From the IMG/VR virus record IMGVR_UViG_3300025867_000005: DNA of 64,000 bases. The stretch is one strand, 5' to 3'. The stretch is from a virus (lineage: Duplodnaviria; Caudoviricetes). The notes beneath the pieces are model-generated. The model had not been told where the DNA came from, made no database searches, and saw nothing but the letters and a program-made list of their open reading frames with translations. This document shows positions 8,861-16,939 of the stretch, in pieces; within the stretch, counting starts at the first letter, position 1; every line of letters starts with the position of its first letter. Both the position numbers and the translations under genes were made by a program.

Positions 8861-11418
8861 TGGCTGATACATATACAAATCTCACTACCAAGCAGGTATC
8901 TTTCCCTTCTCCGTCTAATCCGGAAGTCATCATTACAAATAATCTTTCGATACCGAGTTTGGGAAGTTTTAAAAGGAATATCTTTACTCGGATTCAATAC
9001 GCCGGGGAACCGTTCTTTATTCTTGCGCCTTATGCCAGCGATGTTTTTCTTACGGGCCAGAACGGATTTTTCTTGCACCCTCTCGGCAATGACTTTCCTT
9101 CTGCTTCTCAAATGCCGTCCTTTATGACAAAGGAAAGCTATGAGAACAATTTCAAGAAGACGCCGAGTGCTTTCCTTACGGCACAAAAAAGCCTGATGCC
9201 TAAGCTTTTCGTTCCTTCTCAGAGCATCGTTGACAACGGAATATCTGGAAGCATTTCTACCGGAGTATTCGCTTGGCAATTTGCAACAAATGATGACAGA
9301 AACAGATGTAACGTGACGACAGACGATCAGCAGTCTGCGGTTGTTTTAAAGAAGGGATACGGCAATTCTAAAATTGAAGTCAGACTTTCTAAAAACACTA
9401 CGTATGTTCCTCAATCGATTACAGACATCGATACAACGAATATCATAGGCGGAGGTGCTTTTCAGATGGTGATATCTATCTTCGACCCGGATATCCCTTC
9501 CAAAGCCCTTAGAGGCGAAGGTACGGATCTGCCTACAGATAAAGAAGGGAAAGACTTGGACAAAGTTTCGGACGAAAAGATACAGCCTAGAGTATTGATA
9601 CAAATGGGAGACCTGATGCTGTCTGTTGATATGGATGGGAAATGCGTAGGCTCTTGGTTAGGGGGAGAAAAGAATTCGGAAACCGTCAACCTTGTCAGTG
9701 GACCAGGAGAAGAATGTATCCCTCAAGGGAAATCAGCGTCTACAGATAAAAACAAGTCATTCGTGCTTACCGTTTATCCTCTTTGGGACGGTGTTGTTGT
9801 TCAAAGCGGTGTTCAGACAGGTAAGAATATTATTTCTTCAAGCGCCGCATATATCCCTGTTATCAAGAAAGCGTCTATTTTTGATTATGCCATTCAGAAG
9901 ACAAGATCTGACGGAACACAGGTCCCTTTCGACCCTGAAAATCCAGATGAAGTTTTCGTCACCACGGTTAAAGGCGGCAATTCGACAGTTCCGAATCTTG
10001 GAACAGCGGCAACAGAATTAATCGTTACGGCTTCTAATTGCAGTTGCTGCATCGCTTATGCTCCCATCTATTTCACAAAAAAGATGTCTTATATTCATAC
10101 GATCTGCGGTAACACTTCAGTTAATGGATATTCTTATAAATATAAAGGTTTCCCTATCTGGACAAGTAACGAAACTTATTACAGAATGGACGATGAAATT
10201 GCCTTCTCTACTACTTCGATACCGGGACCGGCAGAATATACGAAGGTTTTTAAGTCAAATAACATCGTCCTTTCCACCAATGCCGCGCAATATCAACGCC
10301 GCGCCGGGGAGGTTTTCGGAGAAATCATTCAGATGATCGAAACTGTTCCGGCATCAAGCACAAGTTCAGCCCCAAGTTATGACAATGGAATAACGGGATG
10401 GGAAGACTACATAACGAGCGTTACCCTTAATTCCACATTGGATTCGAATTCGGGAAGCTTTACGTTTGACAAATACGGGGCGACGAACGGAAACCAGTCA
10501 ACGCAGATTCAGCAAAGCGTGGGGAAAATAAACATCAATGTCAAGGGGTGTTACAATACCAATAAATCCACGTCCAAAGACGATACGACTTATTGCCTGT
10601 TTAAGGGATATTCCTACGAAAGCAGTGATTCTGCAAACAATTCTGGATGTGATGTTACTGTAAATCTGGTAGGAGTGGAAAAACGGCTTGAAGATGTCAA
10701 CCTTATCAATCCTCCGATTTTTGACGGATGGAAATTTGTGGATGTGGCCGCCTATATCTGTAAGTTCGCGGGTGTCGCATACAATCTTTCCAGTGCCGAT
10801 CAGGGTGTAAGACTTCAGATGTCAACAGACCCTATCGAAACCGTATGCTTCAACTGGACGACGGGGCTCATATGCAGACAGGCATTGGATGAAATCTGTA
10901 AAGACACGGCGCACGGATACGTTACGATTGACGGAGTGATCAAGTTCTTTCAGAGGGAAAGTGACGGAAGGCCGAACTATACAGGGACTACCTGGACGGG
11001 TTTTGACGGCACCAATATTCAGAATATCGAGATGAACCCTAATTTCGAAAACCTTAGAAACCAGATTGTTTTGATAGGTATGCGTAAAATTACAGAAGAC
11101 GCACAGAAGGACTTCCCTGATAAATTCCCGGTATTCCCAATGACATCTCTTAGAAACAATTCTACAACCCCGCATATTCCTTGGCCAAAACGACTTTGCT
11201 ATACCGTTCCTGGATTTCCGACTCAGAATGAACTTGACAAGATTGCGGACAAGATAGCAAAGGGTAGCAATTACTATGAAATCATGGGCAGCACGACAAT
11301 ACCTGGAGCTGATATCAAGATTTTGGACAAATTCCTTGGATATATTGTGATAGGAGTAACACATAATATAGACCTTGTTGGGAAAACTTGGACAACAAGT
11401 TTACAGTTGCAAAAGTAA
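8860..11418 (+). CDS. tail tip / baseplate hub-like protein
   Basis: 852 aa directly after the tape measure; C-terminal part (RQALDEIC..HGYVTIDGVIKF..RNQIVLIG..GVTHNID..WTTSLQL) resembles hub folds. Confidence 0.55.
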   Translation: MADTYTNLTTKQVSFPSPSNPEVIITNNLSIPSLGSFKRNIFTRIQYAGEPFFILAPYASDVFLTGQNGFFLHPLGNDFPSASQMPSFMTKESYENNFKKTPSAFLTAQKSLMPKLFVPSQSIVDNGISGSISTGVFAWQFATNDDRNRCNVTTDDQQSAVVLKKGYGNSKIEVRLSKNTTYVPQSITDIDTTNIIGGGAFQMVISIFDPDIPSKALRGEGTDLPTDKEGKDLDKVSDEKIQPRVLIQMGDLMLSVDMDGKCVGSWLGGEKNSETVNLVSGPGEECIPQGKSASTDKNKSFVLTVYPLWDGVVVQSGVQTGKNIISSSAAYIPVIKKASIFDYAIQKTRSDGTQVPFDPENPDEVFVTTVKGGNSTVPNLGTAATELIVTASNCSCCIAYAPIYFTKKMSYIHTICGNTSVNGYSYKYKGFPIWTSNETYYRMDDEIAFSTTSIPGPAEYTKVFKSNNIVLSTNAAQYQRRAGEVFGEIIQMIETVPASSTSSAPSYDNGITGWEDYITSVTLNSTLDSNSGSFTFDKYGATNGNQSTQIQQSVGKININVKGCYNTNKSTSKDDTTYCLFKGYSYESSDSANNSGCDVTVNLVGVEKRLEDVNLINPPIFDGWKFVDVAAYICKFAGVAYNLSSADQGVRLQMSTDPIETVCFNWTTGLICRQALDEICKDTAHGYVTIDGVIKFFQRESDGRPNYTGTTWTGFDGTNIQNIEMNPNFENLRNQIVLIGMRKITEDAQKDFPDKFPVFPMTSLRNNSTTPHIPWPKRLCYTVPGFPTQNELDKIADKIAKGSNYYEIMGSTTIPGADIKILDKFLGYIVIGVTHNIDLVGKTWTTSLQLQK

Positions 11419-11437
11419 AAGGAATAAGGCACAAGAT

Positions 11438-11665
11438 ATGAGTAACTGGTTGGGAAGTCAGCTTAAAGGATATGTGGAATCACAGATACCGGCTTGGGGT
11501 AATCTGCCCAATAATCCCATGTCGAAATCCGGTCAGGTCGTTATTACTCAGGTCGAGATTCCGGAACTATCTACAAACTATATCTATGTTGGTGAAGGAT
11601 GTTTCGTTCAACCGGCCGATGAACTTTATCCTTTTACCGTCAAGACGAAATACGTGGAGATTTAA
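11438..11665 (+). CDS. small hypothetical tail-module protein
   Basis: ATG 11438 after AAGG; fills the gap between structural genes. Confidence 0.5.
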   Translation: MSNWLGSQLKGYVESQIPAWGNLPNNPMSKSGQVVITQVEIPELSTNYIYVGEGCFVQPADELYPFTVKTKYVEI

Positions 11666-11668
11666 AAG

Positions 11669-12439
11669 ATGTCAGAGAACAATTATTTGAACAAGACAGT
11701 TTTCCAGAAATTCCAGACTCTCGGATATGGAGACAGGATATGGCCAGATGTGGAATCAGAAAATTGGCAAAAGGTGGAAAATGCCATGCTTGCCATGTCT
11801 ACAGAAAACCATATCAAACAGGTTGGGGGTTTCTCCACAGCACAAATAGACACAACTCAATCTACGGTTACTCTATCTATGGCAGGAATAACTCCTGCGT
11901 TTGAAGGTGTCATAAATTCAAGCTATTTCAAAGTCGAAGATCCTTTGGTCTGGAATGTAGATACTACCAATAACAACACCGCATACCTTTATCTGACTGA
12001 AATCAGCGGCCAGTATGACCCGACTTCAATAGATAGCCTCGACACAGAGGTTTCTATGGTGGAATACCGGACTCCCGCAGAACTAGAAAAAAGGCTATTG
12101 GTGGCTATCGCAACAGTAACGGGAGGCGTAGGCATAGCAAGTTTGAATATAGACCCTGAAGGTACTGAACTCTTGGAAGAAACAGTTTACGACGCAAGTC
12201 TGACTGTAGGCACAGATTTGGTTCTTGACTTAAGGACAATCTTGGGTACGCCTACATATGTCCCGGAACTGAAATTCGTAAACATCTGCGTTACTTCTTT
12301 TTCGGAACCGCCTGTCAATCCGTATTTTGTTTGGGTAGAGTACAATGTCGGAGGATATCCCTATGCCTTCACGATTAAAAGTGCGGGAAGCACCGCCTAT
12401 ATACTAGGTGTAAAACTTTTGCTAAGGTATAGTTTCTAA
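11669..12439 (+). CDS. putative tail tip/baseplate protein
   Basis: Acidic, beta-rich 256 aa ORF, translationally coupled to the next gene. Confidence 0.45.
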   Translation: MSENNYLNKTVFQKFQTLGYGDRIWPDVESENWQKVENAMLAMSTENHIKQVGGFSTAQIDTTQSTVTLSMAGITPAFEGVINSSYFKVEDPLVWNVDTTNNNTAYLYLTEISGQYDPTSIDSLDTEVSMVEYRTPAELEKRLLVAIATVTGGVGIASLNIDPEGTELLEETVYDASLTVGTDLVLDLRTILGTPTYVPELKFVNICVTSFSEPPVNPYFVWVEYNVGGYPYAFTIKSAGSTAYILGVKLLLRYSF

Positions 12440-13545
12440 TGGAAAATCTAGATAAATTTGACGACAACCTGAGTTTTTCCAATTACAGCTATTGTTCTCG
12501 AAGAATACAGCCTGTAGAATTGCCGAACGGAGACACCTATATTTTCTTTGTCGATATGTGTCCTGATGCCGGAGAAATGGACTTCGACATAAGCAAGATC
12601 GTAGGAGGAGAATCAAAGAAGGTCACAACAAAGAAACTTTCTGATTCCAGCTTAAAGAAAGGCATGCGGACTCTTGTCGGATGCAGAACCAGTTTACATG
12701 GAATGGCCAGTTCCGGACTAAAATGGGTAGGCTGGAAATCTGCGGCGACAGAAGACCAAAACTTGCCTTGGAAATACTACCCTTTCTACGAAGTCTATGA
12801 CTTTTCGATTTCCTACAACAAAGCCCAGAACATCCTTTCTCTTTTCTTCTGGACAAACATCTTTGATACGATCTCTATAGAAGTTCCAGAAGGTTATGAT
12901 TATGACAAAATCGCTTTCCAATACGCCCCTAACGAATTTAAAACCGCTGCCTCTTTTAGTTCGATAAACCTTTCAACGGTGCGTAAGGTTCTTTGTTGTG
13001 CCAAAGGAAGATTTATACAAGGTAGTGTAAGCGCCACAGTCGAATCGCCTTCGAATGAAAATTTCCCGTATATCAAATGTGTGGAATACATCCCGATATT
13101 TGAAAGACCGGTAATTTTGCATGAGTACCAGAACATGGACGCGATAATCACAGATTTCGGAAATGACGGAGGAAGTTTTAGCGAAAACCCTTGGCAAATC
13201 AGTTTCGAACAGGATGTCTCTGGAGACAGCGTAGTAAATTATGCTGTTTTTAAACATCTGTATACAAGAAGGGGTGGAATCCTTGTCGTGCATGAATCAG
13301 AGGGCACGGACATAAGGGTTACGCTTCCCACCGGCTACCAAGCAGGAGATAAATTATATGTCGGCTTAAGAATAGATACGACAAGTGGAGAATATGAAAT
13401 CCGTTTCGAACGGTATCTTTTATCTATTTCCGGATATGAAGATCTTCGAGTAAACATTCCCCTCTATATCTTGATTTATACAGGAAGAACGTTCAAAGTT
13501 CTGGTCGATTTGAGAAAAACAATAACACAGGACATCTACGAATAA
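12439..13545 (+). CDS. hypothetical tail-module protein
   Basis: 368 aa, overlapping stop/start codons with both neighbours. Confidence 0.55.
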   Translation: MENLDKFDDNLSFSNYSYCSRRIQPVELPNGDTYIFFVDMCPDAGEMDFDISKIVGGESKKVTTKKLSDSSLKKGMRTLVGCRTSLHGMASSGLKWVGWKSAATEDQNLPWKYYPFYEVYDFSISYNKAQNILSLFFWTNIFDTISIEVPEGYDYDKIAFQYAPNEFKTAASFSSINLSTVRKVLCCAKGRFIQGSVSATVESPSNENFPYIKCVEYIPIFERPVILHEYQNMDAIITDFGNDGGSFSENPWQISFEQDVSGDSVVNYAVFKHLYTRRGGILVVHESEGTDIRVTLPTGYQAGDKLYVGLRIDTTSGEYEIRFERYLLSISGYEDLRVNIPLYILIYTGRTFKVLVDLRKTITQDIYE

Positions 13546-16136
13546 TGCCTACAATTACAAAAGACAACAAACCGGTTCCGGTAAGAACATTCCCCAGACG
13601 TTATGGATTGATTTTTATAACGTCTGCCTTCATGATTTTAGGATATCCTTGGTGGGCGAGAAATGACAGGCACATTATGGGAGAAGACTTCGCCGATGCC
13701 GCAGCCGCCCTTCAGGAACGGACAAAGATTCCTTATTTTTATAATAAAGAGACTGTCATGGAGGTCATAGACGGGAGTAAGACAACATATGTAAATGTAG
13801 TGACTTCCGATGGCGTTACCTTCGGTCTTAACTCAAGTTCAAACGTAATCGCAACCACAAACTACTTCGTGAATCTAAGTCTGAAACTTGAAAGTGACCA
13901 CCTTTTCGCCACTTTTGTAAACGGAACCAACATCATGCGGTGGGACAAGGTTGAAAGTCGCGGTGGATTTGCAGACATCAGAATATTCAACAGGAGAAAT
14001 TTCCCAACAAACGAAAGTGCTTCAGCAGATCTCGTTATTTCCGGGTCGGGTCTGGAAGACGTTACGATTCCGATAACGGTAAAGGCATACGGAAGCGCGG
14101 AAGATTCTGTTCTAGAAGATGACCCTCCGTCTTGGGGAATCGTAAGGCAACATAAAAAAATAAACATGGCCTACTATAACAAAATCTTCACGGAAAGGAT
14201 TTCTTTTAGTGGAGGGACATGGGATCATCCTGAAACGCATTGGGAACAACTTTCAAATACCGTCACTTCTGTTACTAATTACAGTTGGACAGCGAAAGAT
14301 ACAGAATATTATGATTCTGCCCATATAGAAAGAGAAAGAATGATCGACTTATTCAATGGTTTCAGAGAATTGACGGCTACATATGACTGGGTAGACCCTT
14401 CAGAATTTATCCAGTCTGCGGTGCCTGTTTTCGGATGGCAGGATCATATATGGTCGTCTACAAATGAATTTGTTTCTACGGAATGCCCTCTCCCGTTTGA
14501 TTCCACGACCAATGGAATTGTGTTTACTCTTAACATGGACAATACGGGAACGATAGCACATGTGACATTTGTTACATCCAAGTCCATGATTAGGAATTCA
14601 ATAACGGGAAGATATCCTCTCTATCCTAATATCTGGTGGAATCAAGACAGGAATCCAGGCTTTGGAGAACTTTTCCCAGATGATCCTTATTTTGATTCAA
14701 GTCAAATAGAAGAATGGCTTGCTTATTGGAACACGAACGACTTATGTGTGATGTCTTGTTTTACCCTTCCCAATATTTACCCTTTCAGTAAAAAGATTGA
14801 AGATGTCGATGTCGGGAAGGTTTTCGACGGCAAGGGATATTGGTGGTCGATTCTTCCAAATAGGTTGGGGATGGAAACCAACTGTTATGTTTATCCGAGT
14901 TTGGAAACGATGACAAACACTATGGATTTCTTTATTTCATTTACAAATGAAGCTCCTTATTTCGTAACTAACTGGTATACAAAATATGATGTCGCATATA
15001 ATGCCCACATAAATGTGACGAATACCTTTCAGGAATTGATGGAAGTTGCCAAGAAACTAAATGCGACATTGCATCAAGCCAGTCAGGTTTGTGATGACAA
15101 AACGATCACGCATTCATATTATTCAAGCATTAGCGATGGCGGAAACGGACCTTATGAAACATATTCAGATTGGTATAACGATGCACTGTTTGAAGAGTCT
15201 GACAATGTTTCGTCAAATAACGGTATCGGAACGTTCTTCTATGAAAGCTGTAATTTTGACGAATACGTGATAGCCACATCTTCAGAAACAACAAAAGAAT
15301 TTCCTGATGGTACGAAAGAAGTGACTTCGTATAACAATTCATATGGTGGATTCTCCGGAAACGCAGAAGGGAGTGCGGAGAAAGTTACGGGTCTGATGCT
15401 TAACTATCCTAGCCTTTACGCTCTGACGAACGGATATGTCAGCGAAGTTTGGATATATGCGGTTGTTGAAACGGATGTAATTGTTCCAATGGCCACATGT
15501 GCGCCGCAACAATCAAGTTCTTCCGCATTGCTTGACAATCCTGAAGGCGCTCCGATTGAAAAATATACCACATATGAAAGATATTCTGTCACCCCTACGG
15601 CAGATTCTACACAGTTGCAAACGTTCAATCTCGCCGGGTATGATTGTTGTGAATATGATCTCCCGGCAGGTTTTAAAAGAACGCCTACGCAAAAAGATGA
15701 AATCTTTTCCGATATCCCCATAAAGAAAGAAAAATTGAATCTTGTCAAGCATGTGGCAAATCCTGTGGATTTGATAAGGTTCGATTTCGGGATAGAGGGG
15801 GCGACGATTCCGGCAGGCAATTATCAGGTGGTTTCAGCTAAAGAAGAAACTTGGTCTGGCCATGAAGACCTTCAATATCTCTGGCATGACGATGATCCGA
15901 GCAACTGGGTAACGGAAGCAAGTGATTCTTACGTCTCGTACGATGTTTCTTATTCAAAAATAGAAGGACATTCAGCGAACGTAAGTTTCTGGGTGATGGT
16001 AAAGTGGAATTGGAAACACATGAACGAAGACAATATCTATAAGCCAGACGAATACAAGCCGATTTGGTATACTAATTCCTATGAGAAGATCAGGCATCCG
16101 GCATATACGAATGAACCGCAAACCAGTAAACCGTGA
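13545..16136 (+). CDS. large hypothetical protein with N-terminal hydrophobic segment (possible receptor-binding or exported protein)
   Basis: 863 aa, Thr/Asn/Ser/Trp-rich; RRYGLIFITSAFMILGYPWW near the N-terminus; last gene of the + strand structural run. Confidence 0.5.
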   Translation: MPTITKDNKPVPVRTFPRRYGLIFITSAFMILGYPWWARNDRHIMGEDFADAAAALQERTKIPYFYNKETVMEVIDGSKTTYVNVVTSDGVTFGLNSSSNVIATTNYFVNLSLKLESDHLFATFVNGTNIMRWDKVESRGGFADIRIFNRRNFPTNESASADLVISGSGLEDVTIPITVKAYGSAEDSVLEDDPPSWGIVRQHKKINMAYYNKIFTERISFSGGTWDHPETHWEQLSNTVTSVTNYSWTAKDTEYYDSAHIERERMIDLFNGFRELTATYDWVDPSEFIQSAVPVFGWQDHIWSSTNEFVSTECPLPFDSTTNGIVFTLNMDNTGTIAHVTFVTSKSMIRNSITGRYPLYPNIWWNQDRNPGFGELFPDDPYFDSSQIEEWLAYWNTNDLCVMSCFTLPNIYPFSKKIEDVDVGKVFDGKGYWWSILPNRLGMETNCYVYPSLETMTNTMDFFISFTNEAPYFVTNWYTKYDVAYNAHINVTNTFQELMEVAKKLNATLHQASQVCDDKTITHSYYSSISDGGNGPYETYSDWYNDALFEESDNVSSNNGIGTFFYESCNFDEYVIATSSETTKEFPDGTKEVTSYNNSYGGFSGNAEGSAEKVTGLMLNYPSLYALTNGYVSEVWIYAVVETDVIVPMATCAPQQSSSSALLDNPEGAPIEKYTTYERYSVTPTADSTQLQTFNLAGYDCCEYDLPAGFKRTPTQKDEIFSDIPIKKEKLNLVKHVANPVDLIRFDFGIEGATIPAGNYQVVSAKEETWSGHEDLQYLWHDDDPSNWVTEASDSYVSYDVSYSKIEGHSANVSFWVMVKWNWKHMNEDNIYKPDEYKPIWYTNSYEKIRHPAYTNEPQTSKP

Positions 16137-16148
16137 AAACAGGAATAA

Positions 16149-16871
16149 TCAAGGTTCTTCCGCAGGTTCTGAAAGTGTAGAAACGAAGTAAGACAGCTTC
16201 CACCCTGCTTCCTGAATGCTGGCCGTAAAGAAGATGTCTATGGCCCCAGAACCGGAATACACAAGATTTGAAATACAGATGTTTTCTGAAGCCTGTGCAG
16301 GGGCTATGAGTGTAGGGAAAATGATGTCTTGCGGCTGCAATGAAAGATGCAGTCTATCGGAGCCAGAAGGGATATCAACGACATTCAGGGATTCGATACT
16401 CGGTTCAATGATTACTGAATATTCAAGATTGGTATACAGATTGAAATAGCCGCTGCATGCCGTATACCTTTTGCCGTTGGACAGGATAAGGACGGTTTGA
16501 AAATAGTATTGTGTCGGTTCCAGGTCTTTTGTATCAGCCGCAGTCAGGAAGAAAATGACTTCACCTCTTTCAGGAGTCCTTACGACGCCCTCAGAATAGA
16601 CACTTGTGGATTTTCGTATGATATACGTACTGCTTTTAGATGATTCCGATACATAAAACCGGGCTTCCGCTCCATTCAAGTCAATGATGTCAAGATTTTC
16701 ATCTTTCATAAAGACACGGATCATTCTGTCGTCGCCCTTGCTCATTTCGAAATTGTTATTCGGCATCTTGTAAAGTCTCCTTGGCTTCCCCGGAAAGCCG
16801 TACATCGTCGTGGTTCTGTTTATGATACCAGTCATTTGGAACGGATAGCTGTATATGATTTGATAGGCCAT
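16149..16871 (-). CDS. BppU N-terminal-like (baseplate upper/Ig-like) domain protein
   Basis: KGDDR..IDLNGAEARF..GEVIFFLTAADTKDL...YYFQ pattern of BppU-like domains; only long minus-strand gene. Confidence 0.6.
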   Translation of the reverse strand: MAYQIIYSYPFQMTGIINRTTTMYGFPGKPRRLYKMPNNNFEMSKGDDRMIRVFMKDENLDIIDLNGAEARFYVSESSKSSTYIIRKSTSVYSEGVVRTPERGEVIFFLTAADTKDLEPTQYYFQTVLILSNGKRYTACSGYFNLYTNLEYSVIIEPSIESLNVVDIPSGSDRLHLSLQPQDIIFPTLIAPAQASENICISNLVYSGSGAIDIFFTASIQEAGWKLSYFVSTLSEPAEEP

Positions 16872-16939
16872 ATTATTAGTATGGCAAAACAAAAAACATT
16901 CTGCCTAAACCTATCTTCATTAATCAAACAAAGGAAAAA

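Noticed and set aside
1195-16136. Contractile injection system or tailocin interpretation of the tail genes
   Set aside because: No sheath or wedge genes recognised, and the module is contiguous with a full phage replication region.
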